From NCBI RefSeq assembly GCF_963558545.1, contig NZ_CAUWHO010000008.1, positions 503 to 64,502 on the forward strand: a stretch of DNA of 64,000 nt, given 5' to 3'. Both the position numbers and the translations under genes were made by a program. Under the pieces are notes generated by a model. That model was not told the origin of the DNA. It made no database searches and saw nothing but the letters and a program-made list of their open reading frames with translations. Source of the stretch: an uncultured Tyzzerella sp. GTDB taxonomy: Bacteria > Bacillota > Clostridia > Lachnospirales > CAG-274. Positions within the stretch are counted from its first letter, which is position 1. Each line of letters opens with the position of its first letter. Positions 49,779 through 61,127 of the stretch are shown here, piece by piece.

Positions 49779-52160
49779 TTATTTAAGTTCTACAATAGTA
49801 ACACCAGCATCTCCCTCGCCAAATTCTCCTAAACGATATTTTTTTACTCTGCTATGTCTTCTAAGATATTCGTGTATACCTGTTCTTAAAGCACCTGTTC
49901 CTTTGCCGTGTATAACGCTTATAGTGTCCATACCTGCTAAAAAAGCATCATCTATAAATTTATCAACTTTTTCTATTGCCTCATCTACATAAAGCCCTCT
50001 AAGGTCTATTTCATAAGATATAGTTTGTGCTTTATTATTTTTAAAGCTACTTGTCTTTTTAGGTTTTATATGTTCTTTTTTAGGCTCTACATAGGTTGTA
50101 TCTATTGACAAATCTTTTAAATTTGTTTTTATATTCATAATACCTGCCATAACCATTACCTCACCTTTTTGGTTAGGTTCACTTGTTACAGTGCCAGACT
50201 GATTTAATGAATGTATAAAAACTCTATCACCTTTTTTAAGATTTTTAGGTATAACACGCTTTTGAGAATTTTTATTATTAAATTTATCTATTCTTTCATC
50301 TAATTTAGATAGTTTATCTTTTAATTTTTGTCTTTGGCTATTAATATCATTTTGACTTGCTTTTTCTTTAGCCAATCTTTGTATCTCTTTTACAGCATTA
50401 TCTGCATCTATTTTAGCCTTAGCTAATATTCTTTTTGCATCTTCTGTAGCTTTTAAAAGTATTTTTTCTTTTTGTTCTCTTGTTTTTTTCTTTTGGTTTT
50501 CTACATCTTTTTTAAGCTTTTCTGCCTCTAGCCTATAACTTTCGGCTCTTTCTTTTTCTATCATTAAAGATTTTTTGTTTATTTCAAGGTCTGTAATAAC
50601 ATCTTCAAACTTAGTATCTTCTTTACTAAGCATATTTTTAGCATCTTCTATAATATAATCAGGAAGACCCAATCTTTTTGATATAGCAAAAGCATTACTT
50701 TTACCAGGCACACCTATTAAAAGACGATAAGTAGGGCGAAGTGTTTTTACGTCAAATTCGCAAGAAGCATTTGATATGCCCTTAGTTGATATAGCAAAAA
50801 CTTTAAGCTCGCTGTAATGTGTTGTAACAGCTGTTCTTATTTGCCTATCGTGTAAATATTGTATAATAGACATAGCAAGGCAAGCTCCCTCTGTTGGGTC
50901 TGTCCCTGCTCCAAGCTCATCTAACAAAACAAGCGAATTATCTGTTACCTCATCTAATATAGACACTATATTTGTCATATGAGCAGAAAATGTACTAAGG
51001 CTTTGCTCGATGCTTTGCTCATCACCTATATCAGAAAATACATTATCAAAAACAGCAAGCTCTGAATTATCAAAAGCTGATATATGAAGCCCTGCCTGCC
51101 CCATCAATGTAAATAACCCTATTGTTTTTAAAGATACCGTTTTACCTCCTGTGTTAGGCCCTGTTATAAGAAGAGTAGTAAATTCATCTCCAAGGTAAAT
51201 ATCGGTAGATACAACGTTATTATTATCTAATAAAGGGTGTCTTGCCTTTTTAATATTTATATATCCTTTTTCATTAAATATAGGCTCTGTACCATTAATA
51301 CTTATAGAATATTCCCCTTTTGCAAATATAAAATCTATCTCTGTTAAAACAACTAAATTGCTAAGTAAAATATCCCTATGCTCATTTACCATTTCAGATA
51401 ATTTTTTAAGTATTCTGTTTATTTCTTGTAGTTCATCAGAATGTAGCTCTTTTATTTTATTATTGAGCATAACAACGCTTGTAGGCTCCATAAAAACAGT
51501 AGCACCTGTTGCCGATTGGTCGTGTACCATACCAGAAAAAGAATTTTTATATTCTGCCTTAACTGGTATACAATATCTATCGCTTTTTACTGTGATAACA
51601 GGGTCTTGTAACATATTTTTATATGTGCTAGACTGTATTATTTTATTAAGCTCTAGCCTTACTCTTTCATTAGCTATCTTTATATCTCGTCTTATTTCTC
51701 TTAGCTTTTGGCTAGCATCATCAGACATTTCTGTATTAGATATTATACATCTAGTTATCTCTTTATCTAAGCTTTCTATTGGCTCTATCACCTCAAATTT
51801 AGGCTCTAAAGCATCATATACATCGTATTTATTTTCACTTTTAGCATAATCTTTTGCCCTTTTACAAGCACTTAAAAAATCTGCAACATTTAAAAGCTCT
51901 TCAAAGTTTAAGCTACCTCCTACGGCCGTCCTTTGTAAAAAAGGATTTATATCTCTAAGCCCACCTATTTTTAAAGAACCTTTTTTTAATATCATACTAA
52001 CAGCTTGAGAGGTTTCTTTTTGCCAAATTTTTATTTCTTTTATATCATCGCTAGGTTTTAAAGCTCTCACCTTTTCTTTTCCAACAAAAGAGCTTGCAAA
52101 ACTAGCTATCTTTTCTATTATTTTATCAAATTCTAAAGTTTTTAAAGCTTTCTCGTTCAT
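49779..52160 (-). CDS. mutS2: Endonuclease MutS2 (Smr domain)
   Basis: 793 aa. Walker A GPNTGGKTV, a long coiled coil and a C-terminal Smr domain (IDLRG...VIHGKGTGALR). Confidence 0.95.
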   Translation of the reverse strand: MNEKALKTLEFDKIIEKIASFASSFVGKEKVRALKPSDDIKEIKIWQKETSQAVSMILKKGSLKIGGLRDINPFLQRTAVGGSLNFEELLNVADFLSACKRAKDYAKSENKYDVYDALEPKFEVIEPIESLDKEITRCIISNTEMSDDASQKLREIRRDIKIANERVRLELNKIIQSSTYKNMLQDPVITVKSDRYCIPVKAEYKNSFSGMVHDQSATGATVFMEPTSVVMLNNKIKELHSDELQEINRILKKLSEMVNEHRDILLSNLVVLTEIDFIFAKGEYSISINGTEPIFNEKGYINIKKARHPLLDNNNVVSTDIYLGDEFTTLLITGPNTGGKTVSLKTIGLFTLMGQAGLHISAFDNSELAVFDNVFSDIGDEQSIEQSLSTFSAHMTNIVSILDEVTDNSLVLLDELGAGTDPTEGACLAMSIIQYLHDRQIRTAVTTHYSELKVFAISTKGISNASCEFDVKTLRPTYRLLIGVPGKSNAFAISKRLGLPDYIIEDAKNMLSKEDTKFEDVITDLEINKKSLMIEKERAESYRLEAEKLKKDVENQKKKTREQKEKILLKATEDAKRILAKAKIDADNAVKEIQRLAKEKASQNDINSQRQKLKDKLSKLDERIDKFNNKNSQKRVIPKNLKKGDRVFIHSLNQSGTVTSEPNQKGEVMVMAGIMNIKTNLKDLSIDTTYVEPKKEHIKPKKTSSFKNNKAQTISYEIDLRGLYVDEAIEKVDKFIDDAFLAGMDTISVIHGKGTGALRTGIHEYLRRHSRVKKYRLGEFGEGDAGVTIVELK

Positions 52161-52269
52161 TTTTACCTCTATTTTTCCTATACAAATACATAAATTTATA
52201 GTTGAATTTTTTACAATTTTGTATTACAATTAAAATATATGCTTAAAAAAATAATGAAGGGAGATTATT

Positions 52270-52875
52270 ATGAATATTAATGTGTCTAGTATCTATAACG
52301 AAATTATTTCCAATATAGAATCTAAAATACCTATCCCTATTACAAATAAAACATATTATTACAATAATAACATAGATGAAGAAAAAAGTAAATCAGAACA
52401 AAAATCTTTTACACAAATTTTAGATGATTATCAACAAAATGGTATACCAAAAAGCGATGTTTCTCAAGCTATAAAAGATGCTATATCAGAAGCTTCTGCA
52501 AAATATGGTATAGATGAGAGCCTTATCGCTGCTGTTATTCGCCAAGAAAGTAACTTTAACCCTAACGCTACATCATCATCTGGTGCTATGGGTCTTATGC
52601 AGCTTATGCCAAAAACAGCTTCTGGACTTGGAGTTACTAATGCTTATGATATAGAGCAAAACATAGATGGTGGTACAAAATATCTTAAAAAACAACTAGA
52701 TAGATTTGACAATAACACACAGCTTGCCTTAGCAGCATACAATGCAGGCCCTGGTAACGTTAATAAATATAATGGTATACCACCTTTTAAAGAAACTCAA
52801 AACTATGTGCCAAAAGTTTTAGGCTACCAAAAAGATTATATGCTACAGCAATATAATAAAAATAAAAAAATATAA
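52270..52875 (+). CDS. Lytic transglycosylase (SLT domain)
   Basis: 201 aa. [27 protein letters not shown]...[10 protein letters not shown]. Confidence 0.88.
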   Translation: MNINVSSIYNEIISNIESKIPIPITNKTYYYNNNIDEEKSKSEQKSFTQILDDYQQNGIPKSDVSQAIKDAISEASAKYGIDESLIAAVIRQESNFNPNATSSSGAMGLMQLMPKTASGLGVTNAYDIEQNIDGGTKYLKKQLDRFDNNTQLALAAYNAGPGNVNKYNGIPPFKETQNYVPKVLGYQKDYMLQQYNKNKKI

Positions 52876-52885
52876 ACATTTTATT

Positions 52886-52914
52886 AATTGCCTATGTTTA
52901 AAACATAGGCAATT
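52886..52914 (+). terminator. Hairpin after the SLT gene
   Basis: aattgcctatg-tttaaaa-cataggcaatt. The T-run is weak. Confidence 0.45.
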
Positions 52915-52982
52915 ATTACTATTACACTAAGGCACATTTTACATACTAATTTTAAAAATATTTTCACAAAAGGATTGAAAAA

Positions 52983-54344
52983 ATGGATTTACCTATAAAA
53001 TATATAGAAAAAATGCAAAATCTTTTAAAAGATGATTTTGATAAATATATTAAAAGCTTTAAAGATAAAAACTATCAAGGGCTTAGAGCTAACACTTTAA
53101 AAATTAACCCTAGCGATTTAAAACACTTATTAAACTTTGATTTAGAGCCTATACCTTGGTGTAACACAGGCTTTTATTATGAAGATAATCGACCTGCTAA
53201 AAGCCCTTATTATAATGCTGGTTTGTTTTACATACAAGAGCCTAGCGCTATGTCTACTGGTGCTATGTTACCTATAGAAGAAAATGACAAAGTATTGGAT
53301 ATGTGTGCTGCTCCTGGTGGAAAAAGCACCCAAATAGCAGGCAAGCTAAACGGTACTGGTGTTTTAGTTACAAACGATATTAGTGCTACAAGGTGCAAGG
53401 CACTTCTTAAAAATATAGAAATAAGTGGAGTGTATAATGCTATCATAACTAATGAAACACCTAAAAATTTAGCCAAAAAGTTTAAAGGATACTTTAATAA
53501 AATAATAGTAGATGCTCCTTGCTCTGGAGAAGGTATGTTTAGAAAAGATAAAGAGGCTATAAAAAGCTGGGAAACACATAAGACAGACTTTTGTTGTAAC
53601 CTTCAAAGAGAGATTTTATATTATGCTAAAGATATGCTAGATAATGGTGGTATAATAGCCTATTCTACTTGCACTTTTGCACCAGAAGAAAATGAACAAA
53701 TGATAAATGAATTTTTATTACAAAATACAGATTTTGAACTTATAGATTTTGATAAATCATCTGGATTTGAAAATGGTAGAAAAGAATGGATAAACGAAAA
53801 TAATATTGTGCCTGATATAGAAAAAACAGGGCGTCTTATGCCGTATAAAATAAAAGGAGAAGGTCATTTTTTAGCCCTACTTAGAAAAAAAGGAACACCA
53901 CAAAATCAAGATATAGTTAAAATAAAACAAACTAACAAAAAAGAGCTTATAGATATGAAAATATTTTTTAAAGAAAATTTAAATATCCCTATGTATGAAA
54001 ATATAGAAATACATAAAACAAGTGTGTTTTCTATACCTAACGGAATAGATTTAAGTGGTCTTAGAGTTGTAAGAAGTGGTTTTTATTTAGGTGAGCTAAA
54101 GACAAAACGTTTTGAGCCATCTCAAGCTTTTGCTATGGGGTTAAAAAAAGATGATGCAAAATATACAATTTCATTTAACATAAACGATGAAAACTTAACT
54201 AGATATTTAAAAGGAGAAAGCTTTCAAGTAGATACAAAAAAAGATGGTTGGCATCTTATTTGTATAGATAAGTACCCTATTGGTTGGGGTAAAGTACAAA
54301 AAGGCAGACTAAAAAATAAATATTTATCTGGTTGGAGAATTTAA
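52983..54344 (+). CDS. rsmF: RsmB/RsmF (NOL1/NOP2/Sun) family rRNA m5C methyltransferase
   Basis: 453 aa. [23 protein letters not shown] and [10 protein letters not shown]. Confidence 0.85.
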   Translation: MDLPIKYIEKMQNLLKDDFDKYIKSFKDKNYQGLRANTLKINPSDLKHLLNFDLEPIPWCNTGFYYEDNRPAKSPYYNAGLFYIQEPSAMSTGAMLPIEENDKVLDMCAAPGGKSTQIAGKLNGTGVLVTNDISATRCKALLKNIEISGVYNAIITNETPKNLAKKFKGYFNKIIVDAPCSGEGMFRKDKEAIKSWETHKTDFCCNLQREILYYAKDMLDNGGIIAYSTCTFAPEENEQMINEFLLQNTDFELIDFDKSSGFENGRKEWINENNIVPDIEKTGRLMPYKIKGEGHFLALLRKKGTPQNQDIVKIKQTNKKELIDMKIFFKENLNIPMYENIEIHKTSVFSIPNGIDLSGLRVVRSGFYLGELKTKRFEPSQAFAMGLKKDDAKYTISFNINDENLTRYLKGESFQVDTKKDGWHLICIDKYPIGWGKVQKGRLKNKYLSGWRI

Positions 54345-54354
54345 GGAGATTAAT

Positions 54355-56274
54355 ATGGACTTTTTACCAATTTGTAAAGAAGATATGACAAAAAGAGGTT
54401 GGGACGAGCTTGACTTTATACTTGTTACTGGAGATGCTTATGTAGACCACCCCTCCTTTGGTGCTGCTATAATAGCTAGACTTTTAGAAAGTAAAGGCTT
54501 TAAAATAGGTATAATTGCTCAACCAAACTGGAAAAATACTGATGACTTTAAAAAATTAGGAAAACCTAGACTTGCGTTTTTAGTTACAGGTGGTAACATA
54601 GATTCTATGGTTAACCATTACAGCGTTGCTAAAAAAAGAAGAGAAAAAGATTTATACTCCCCTGGTGGTAAAAGTGGTCTTAGGCCAGATAGAGCAACAA
54701 TAGTATATTGCCAAAAAATAAGAGAGGCTTTTAAAAATATACCTATTGCAATAGGTGGTATAGAGGCAAGCCTTAGAAGATTATCTCATTATGATTATTG
54801 GGATAACAAAGTAAGACGCTCTATTATTTTAGATTCTCAAGCAGATATACTAATGTTTGGTATGGGTGAGCATCAAATAGTTGAGCTTGCAGAAAGCCTA
54901 GATAGTGGTATACCAATAGAACAAATAACCTATATAAAAGGTACTGTTTATAAAACAAAAACATTAGAAAATATATATGAAGATTATATAATGCTACCTT
55001 CTTATAAAGAAGTATGTGAAGATAAAATTGTATATGCAAAAAGTTTTTTAAAACAATATGAAAATACAGACGCTGTTTTATCTAAAATGCTTATAGAACC
55101 TTATAACGATGTTTATGTTGTGCAAAACAAACCTACTATGCCTCTTACAACAAGCGAGTTTGATAACTCTTATAGCCTGCCATATATGAGGAGCTATCAC
55201 CCTATTTATGAAAAAGATGGCGGTGTGCCTGCTATCGAAGAAGTTAAATTTAGCCTTATATCAAATCGTGGTTGCTTTGGTGGTTGCAATTTTTGTGCTT
55301 TAACGTTTCATCAAGGCAGAGTTGTGCAAGGACGTAGCCACCAATCTATTATTAGAGAGGCAGAAAAATTAGTATGGGAGCCAGATTTTAAAGGATATAT
55401 CCACGATGTAGGAGGTCCTACTGCAAATTTTAGAGGCCCTGCCTGTGACAAACAATTTGATAAAGGTGCTTGCACTCATAAACAATGTCTTTTCCCAGAG
55501 CCTTGTAAAAAACTTAAAATAGACCATACAGATTATTTAAAACTTTTACAAAAACTTAGAAAAATACCAAAAGTAAAAAAAGTGTTTGTACGCTCTGGCA
55601 TTAGATATGACTATCTTATACACGATAAAAATAATCAACAATTTTTTGAAGAATTATGTGAGCATCATATTAGTGGACAATTAAAAGTTGCTCCCGAGCA
55701 TATATCTGATAAAGTTTTATCTAAAATGGGCAAACCATCTAAAAATGTTTACGAAAAATTTGTTAAAAAATACTACGATGTAAACCATCAGGTAGGAAAA
55801 GACCAATATCTTGTACCATATCTTATGAGTAGCCACCCTGGTAGTGATTTAGATGCTGCAATAGAGCTTGCCGAATATTTAAGAGATTTGGGATATATGC
55901 CAGAGCAAGTGCAAGATTTTTATCCTACTCCTATGACACTATCTACCTGTATGTACTATACAGAGCTAGACCCTAGAAATATGACTCCTGTTTATGTACC
56001 TAAAAATCCTCACGAAAAAGCTATGCAAAGAGCTCTAATGCAATATAGAATGCCTAAAAACTATGATTTAGTGCTAGAGGCTTTAAAAAAAGCTAACCGT
56101 ATGGATTTAGTAGGTTTTGATAAACATTGTCTTATAAGACCTAGAAAAAGTGCTAGCGAAAAAGAGTTTTATAAGAAAAACTCTGTAACAAAAAATAAAA
56201 AATCTAAAGATTTAAAACAAAATTTAAAAAATAAAAAAACAATAAGAAACGTTCATAAAAAGAAAGGTAAATAA
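54355..56274 (+). CDS. ygiQ: YgiQ-family (UPF0313) radical SAM protein
   Basis: 639 aa. N-terminal YgiQ region, CFGGCNFC cluster motif and a basic C-terminal tail. Confidence 0.85.
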   Translation: MDFLPICKEDMTKRGWDELDFILVTGDAYVDHPSFGAAIIARLLESKGFKIGIIAQPNWKNTDDFKKLGKPRLAFLVTGGNIDSMVNHYSVAKKRREKDLYSPGGKSGLRPDRATIVYCQKIREAFKNIPIAIGGIEASLRRLSHYDYWDNKVRRSIILDSQADILMFGMGEHQIVELAESLDSGIPIEQITYIKGTVYKTKTLENIYEDYIMLPSYKEVCEDKIVYAKSFLKQYENTDAVLSKMLIEPYNDVYVVQNKPTMPLTTSEFDNSYSLPYMRSYHPIYEKDGGVPAIEEVKFSLISNRGCFGGCNFCALTFHQGRVVQGRSHQSIIREAEKLVWEPDFKGYIHDVGGPTANFRGPACDKQFDKGACTHKQCLFPEPCKKLKIDHTDYLKLLQKLRKIPKVKKVFVRSGIRYDYLIHDKNNQQFFEELCEHHISGQLKVAPEHISDKVLSKMGKPSKNVYEKFVKKYYDVNHQVGKDQYLVPYLMSSHPGSDLDAAIELAEYLRDLGYMPEQVQDFYPTPMTLSTCMYYTELDPRNMTPVYVPKNPHEKAMQRALMQYRMPKNYDLVLEALKKANRMDLVGFDKHCLIRPRKSASEKEFYKKNSVTKNKKSKDLKQNLKNKKTIRNVHKKKGK

Positions 56275-56275
56275 A

Positions 56276-56767
56276 ATGATAGCTAATTATTTTATTATAG
56301 ATGACTTTTTATTAAAACAATTAAATAATGCCAATATATACAACAAAATAGAATATATGCTAGATAATGATGATATTTACCCTTGTTGTGATATAGATAC
56401 TATATGGAACGGACTTTATTTTCTTATATCTTCCAAAAAAGACCCTATTTATGATAAAGGTTTATTTGAAGATTATGCAAAAAGTGCTTTCATATTTGGC
56501 GATATAGTCTTTAACACAAAAGAATATATATCTTATATAAAAAAAGATGAACTATCTAAAATTATTGAAGAAATAGAAAAAATAAATATTAATGACTTTA
56601 ATTTTGACCCAAAAATATTTGACCAAAATAAAATATTTCCTAATATGTGGCTTAAAGAAGATAAAGAGATTTTATTTGAAGAAATAGAAATGGCTTTTGA
56701 TGAGCTAAAAAACTTTTTTATACAAGCAAACAACAAAAATAAAAATATACTAATTACTATTATGTAA
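56276..56767 (+). CDS. YfbM/DUF1877-like protein
   Basis: 163 aa. MIANYFIID..., DIDTIWNGLYFLIS and C-terminal ILITIM parallel E. coli YfbM landmarks. Confidence 0.55.
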   Translation: MIANYFIIDDFLLKQLNNANIYNKIEYMLDNDDIYPCCDIDTIWNGLYFLISSKKDPIYDKGLFEDYAKSAFIFGDIVFNTKEYISYIKKDELSKIIEEIEKININDFNFDPKIFDQNKIFPNMWLKEDKEILFEEIEMAFDELKNFFIQANNKNKNILITIM

Positions 56768-56782
56768 ATGGAGGATAAAAAA

Positions 56783-57121
56783 ATGGAAAATTTACCAAAT
56801 TGCCCAAAATGTAATTCTGAATATACTTATGAAGACGGTAACTTACTTATATGCCCAGAATGTGCATACGAATGGAATAAAGATATGGTAGAAGAAGAAA
56901 ATGTTATAAAAGATGCTAACGGAAACGTATTAAATGACGGTGATAGCGTTATAGTTATAAAAGACTTAAAAGTTAAAGGTGCATCATCTTCTATAAAAGT
57001 TGGTACAAAGGTAAAAAATATACGTCTTATATATGATGCTCCTGATGACCACGATATAGATTGCAAAATAGACGGTTTTGGTGCTATGAAGCTAAAATCT
57101 TCTGTTGTTAAAAAAGCATAA
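56783..57121 (+). CDS. yjdM: Zinc-ribbon protein YjdM (PhnA-like)
   Basis: [28 protein letters not shown]...[30 protein letters not shown]...[15 protein letters not shown]. Start moved to ATG 56783 because GGAGGA lies inside the track's first codons. Confidence 0.88.
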   Translation: MENLPNCPKCNSEYTYEDGNLLICPECAYEWNKDMVEEENVIKDANGNVLNDGDSVIVIKDLKVKGASSSIKVGTKVKNIRLIYDAPDDHDIDCKIDGFGAMKLKSSVVKKA

Positions 57122-57135
57122 TTGGAGGTTTTAAA

Positions 57136-58758
57136 ATGTTAACTGTTAATAATGTAACTTTAAGGCTTGGTAAAAGAGCTTTATTTGAAGATGTAAATAT
57201 AAAATTTACACCTGGTAACTGCTATGGGCTTATCGGTGCTAATGGTGCTGGTAAATCTACCTTTTTAAAAATATTATCAGGGCAGATAGAGTCTACATCT
57301 GGTGATGTTGTAGTAGATAAAGGAGAGCGTATATCTTTTCTACAACAAGACCATTTTAAATATGACGAATTTATTGTATTAGATACTGTTATTATGGGTA
57401 ACAAACGCCTTTATGAAATAATGAAAGAAAAAGATGCTATATATGCAAAAGAAGACTTTTCTGAAGAAGACGGCATTAAGGCTAGTGAACTTGAAGAAGA
57501 ATTTGCAGATATGGACGGTTGGAACGCTGAGCCTGATGCTGCTAACCTTTTAAATGGTCTTGGTATATCTCCAGATTTACATTATAAATATCTAAAAGAT
57601 TTAACAGGTCCTGAAAAAGTTAAAGTATTGCTTGCTCAAGCTCTTTTTGGTAAACCTGATATTTTACTACTAGATGAGCCTACAAACCATTTAGACCTTT
57701 TAGCTATAAACTGGCTTGAAGAGTTTTTAATAAATTTTGAAAATACCACAATTGTTGTATCTCACGATAGATACTTTTTAAACAAAGTTTGTACACATAT
57801 AGCCGATATAGACTATTCTAAAATACAGCTCTATGCTGGTAACTATGACTTTTGGTACGAATCTAGCCAACTTTTAATAAGACAAATGAAAGATGCTAAC
57901 CGTAAAAAAGAAGAAAAAATTAAAGAGCTTCAAGAGTTTATCCAACGTTTTAGTGCCAATGCCTCAAAATCTAAACAAGCAACATCTAGAAAAAAAGCTC
58001 TTGAAAAAATAGAATTAGATGAAATTAGACCATCTAGCAGAAAATATCCTTATATAGACTTTAAACCTAATAGAGATATAGGAAACGAAGTTTTAACAGT
58101 AACTAACCTATCTAAAACAATAGATGGTGTAAAAGTGTTAGACAATATATCTTTTATGTTATCTAGCGAAGATAAAGTTGCTTTTGTTGGCTCTAATGAA
58201 ATAGCAAAAACTACCCTATTTAAAATTTTATCAGGTGAAATAGAAGCAGATGAAGGTGAATTTAAATGGGGCATAACTACATCTTTTGCATATTTTCCTA
58301 AAGACCATAATGAAGAATTTGAAAATGACTATTCAATAGTTGATTGGCTTATGCAATATTCTCCTGAAAAAGATACTACATTTGTAAGAGGGTTTTTAGG
58401 TAGAATGTTGTTTTCTGGTGAAGAAGCCCTTAAAAAAATAAATGTATTATCTGGTGGAGAAAAGGTGCGTTGTCTTTTTTCTAAAATGATGATGTCTGGT
58501 GCTAACATACTTATGTTTGATGAACCTACTAACCATTTAGATATGGAATCTATAACAGCTCTTAATAATGCTTTAATAAAGTTTCCTGGTGTAATTTTAT
58601 TTTCATCTCAAGACCATCAAATAGTTCAAACTACTGCTAATAGAATTATGGAATTTACAGAAAATGGATTAATTGATAAAAAGACAACTTATGATGAATA
58701 CTTAGAAGAAGATAAAGATGCTTTAAAACGACAAGTTTATAACGTTGTAACAGAGTAA
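57136..58758 (+). CDS. ybiT: ABC-F family ATPase, YbiT-like
   Basis: 540 aa. The N-terminus parallels E. coli YbiT (GLIGANGAGKSTFLKILSG), with a second ABC domain. Confidence 0.85.
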   Translation: MLTVNNVTLRLGKRALFEDVNIKFTPGNCYGLIGANGAGKSTFLKILSGQIESTSGDVVVDKGERISFLQQDHFKYDEFIVLDTVIMGNKRLYEIMKEKDAIYAKEDFSEEDGIKASELEEEFADMDGWNAEPDAANLLNGLGISPDLHYKYLKDLTGPEKVKVLLAQALFGKPDILLLDEPTNHLDLLAINWLEEFLINFENTTIVVSHDRYFLNKVCTHIADIDYSKIQLYAGNYDFWYESSQLLIRQMKDANRKKEEKIKELQEFIQRFSANASKSKQATSRKKALEKIELDEIRPSSRKYPYIDFKPNRDIGNEVLTVTNLSKTIDGVKVLDNISFMLSSEDKVAFVGSNEIAKTTLFKILSGEIEADEGEFKWGITTSFAYFPKDHNEEFENDYSIVDWLMQYSPEKDTTFVRGFLGRMLFSGEEALKKINVLSGGEKVRCLFSKMMMSGANILMFDEPTNHLDMESITALNNALIKFPGVILFSSQDHQIVQTTANRIMEFTENGLIDKKTTYDEYLEEDKDALKRQVYNVVTE

Positions 58759-58780
58759 TACTTATAAATATGTAATATAA

Positions 58781-59058
58781 AAAGCTAAGTATAAAACTTA
58801 GCTTTGAGTTTGTAGACAAAGTCTACAAACTCTTCAAAAAAATAACAAGTTTATTTTTTTGAGATACTATAAGAAAAAGCCTATTTCTTCGTACAAGGGC
58901 TAAAGCCCCTAGAAATGTGGCTTTTACACAATCCAAGGCAAAGCCTCGTCTTGTGATTAAAATTTTTATACCCTATAAATAGGATATAAAAATGAAAAAA
59001 ATTTACTTTAATATTATTTTGTTTAAAGTCTAAAAGCTAAGTATAAAACTTAGCTTTT
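58781..59058. repeat. 278-bp hairpin-dense element, copy B, bracketed by a perfect 26-bp direct repeat of the terminator hairpin
   Basis: The direct repeat aaaagctaagtataaaacttagcttt occurs at 58780-58805 and 59032-59057. Core 58806-59031 is the reverse complement of 34027-34256. Confidence 0.9.
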
Positions 59059-59151
59059 TATATTATTAAAATTATAGTCTTTTTTATTAATTTTTGTACA
59101 AATAAAGTATAGATACCTACTTTAAATAATTTTTATCCAAAAGATTAATTA

Positions 59152-59676
59152 TTAAGATGTAACACCCCTAGAGAACATTTTAAGCCTTCCAACAGCTTTA
59201 TATCCCTGTACAACAACCTCTGCAACTGCACAGTACTTATCTACCCAAGTTAAAATATAGCTTTCTTTATATTTAGGAAATGATTGGGATAAAGGCCACA
59301 TATGATTTACTATTGCATCTTTTTCTATCTCATTAAGCTCTGTTAATGCTTCAGCATTTTTAAGAGCTTCTTTTGGATGATGAAAAGCGTGATGTTGCTC
59401 TGTTTCTACTTTACGCCAATCATATAAATATAAATCGTGTAAAATACCTGCTCTAGCTACCGATTTATAATCTAACCCCCTTTTTTTAGCCCATAAAAAA
59501 CTATAATAAGCAACATTTAAACTATGTTGTAGTCTACTAGTGTTACAATGTTGTACAAAATTATCTAGTTCTTTAACTTCATCTAAATGTATTATATCTT
59601 TAATACATTCCATAAACTCCTTTGCCAGCTCATCTTCATTGTTAGTTAACTTTCTTTTAGACCAAATAGCTTTCAT
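59152..59676 (-). CDS. HD-domain phosphohydrolase
   Basis: 174 aa. RLQHSLNVAYYS...GILHDLYLYDW contains the H...HD motif. Confidence 0.8.
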   Translation of the reverse strand: MKAIWSKRKLTNNEDELAKEFMECIKDIIHLDEVKELDNFVQHCNTSRLQHSLNVAYYSFLWAKKRGLDYKSVARAGILHDLYLYDWRKVETEQHHAFHHPKEALKNAEALTELNEIEKDAIVNHMWPLSQSFPKYKESYILTWVDKYCAVAEVVVQGYKAVGRLKMFSRGVTS

Positions 59677-59840
59677 AAAAAAATACCTTCTTCCATTTTT
59701 AATATATTATCTAGTTATCTAGTATGGTTTTATTATATCATAATTTAAATAAAAATAGTAATATATTTTTATAGTAATTTATACTAAATTTTTATCATAT
59801 TATATAATAAGTTTTGTTTTATTTTTAAGGGGGATTTTTT

Positions 59841-61127
59841 TTGAAAAACACAAATACTATACAAACTTTAGAAAATGAAAATATTAATATTTTACAAAAT
59901 GAGGAAAATAATATTGGATATTTAAAATTTGGTGTATTTGATATAACTGTTGCAAAACCATTAGAATCGGCTCAAATAGTTATAAGCAATGGAGATAAAA
60001 ATATTACAACAATATTTACAAATGAATCTGGGCAGACATCTCCTATACCACTAGAAACACCACCGTTAGAATATTCATTAGAGCCAGGTAGCCCTATGCC
60101 ATATAGCACATATAATGCTGTAATAACTGCTGATGGCTACGAAACGGAGGAAGTTGAAGGAATTCAAGTATATATTAATAACCAATCTATACAAAATATA
60201 TATATGAAACCTATATCATTAGCAGATAAACCAAAAGAAGTAATTGTTATACCTCCACCTACTATATATGGAGATTATCCAGAAAAAATACCAGAAGCAG
60301 AAGAAAAAGAACTGCCAGATGAGTCTGGATTTATCGTTTTAGACAAGGTTGTTATCCCAGAATTTATAGTAGTACACGATGGCGACCCAAACGATAACAC
60401 AGCACCTAATTATTGGGTACCTTATAAAGATTATATCAAAAATGTAGCATCAAGTGAAATCTTTTCCACTTGGCCAGATGCCGCTATAAGAGCAAATATT
60501 TTAGCTATAAATTCTTTTACATTAAATAGAGTTTATACAGAATGGTATAGGTCTAGAGGTAAAAACTTTACAATAACAAATTCTACAAGATTTGACCAAT
60601 TTTTTGTACCAGATAGAAATATTTTTGAAGAAATAAGTATAGTAGTAGATGAAATGTTTACAACATATATTAAAAGGCCTAACCAAAGGCAACCTCTTTT
60701 AACTCAATATTGCGATGGAAACCGTGTAAGTTGTCCAAACTGGCTTAGCCAATGGGGTTCTAAAAATTTAGCAGAAAACGGATATAGTGCACTTCAAATT
60801 TTAAGATACTACTATGGAAATGATATATTTTTAGACAATGCAGAAAAGGTAAGTGGTATACCTTCTTCTTATCCAGGATTTCCTTTAGAGCTTGGCTCAA
60901 GTGGCGAAGATGTAAGAACTATACAAAATCAATTAAATTCTATCTCAAACAATTACCCTGCTATTAATAAACTTAGAGCAGACGGTATATTTGGAGACCA
61001 AACTAAAGCATCTGTTTTAACTTTCCAACAAATTTTTAATATGCCTGAATCTGGTATAGTAGATTTTTCTACTTGGTATGAAATATCTAAAGTTTTTGTG
61101 GCAGTAGAAAGAATAGCAGAATTATAA
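59841..61127 (+). CDS. SpoIID/LytB-like domain protein with N-terminal carboxypeptidase-regulatory-like fold and C-terminal PG_binding_1 domain
   Basis: 428 aa. TTG start after AAGGGGGA. AIRANILAINSFTLNRV...TQYCDG...LSQWGSKNLAENGYSALQILRYYYG matches the SpoIID pattern. C-terminal GSSGEDVRTIQNQLN...ADGIFGDQTKASVLTFQ is the PG-binding part. Confidence 0.65.
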   Translation: MKNTNTIQTLENENINILQNEENNIGYLKFGVFDITVAKPLESAQIVISNGDKNITTIFTNESGQTSPIPLETPPLEYSLEPGSPMPYSTYNAVITADGYETEEVEGIQVYINNQSIQNIYMKPISLADKPKEVIVIPPPTIYGDYPEKIPEAEEKELPDESGFIVLDKVVIPEFIVVHDGDPNDNTAPNYWVPYKDYIKNVASSEIFSTWPDAAIRANILAINSFTLNRVYTEWYRSRGKNFTITNSTRFDQFFVPDRNIFEEISIVVDEMFTTYIKRPNQRQPLLTQYCDGNRVSCPNWLSQWGSKNLAENGYSALQILRYYYGNDIFLDNAEKVSGIPSSYPGFPLELGSSGEDVRTIQNQLNSISNNYPAINKLRADGIFGDQTKASVLTFQQIFNMPESGIVDFSTWYEISKVFVAVERIAEL

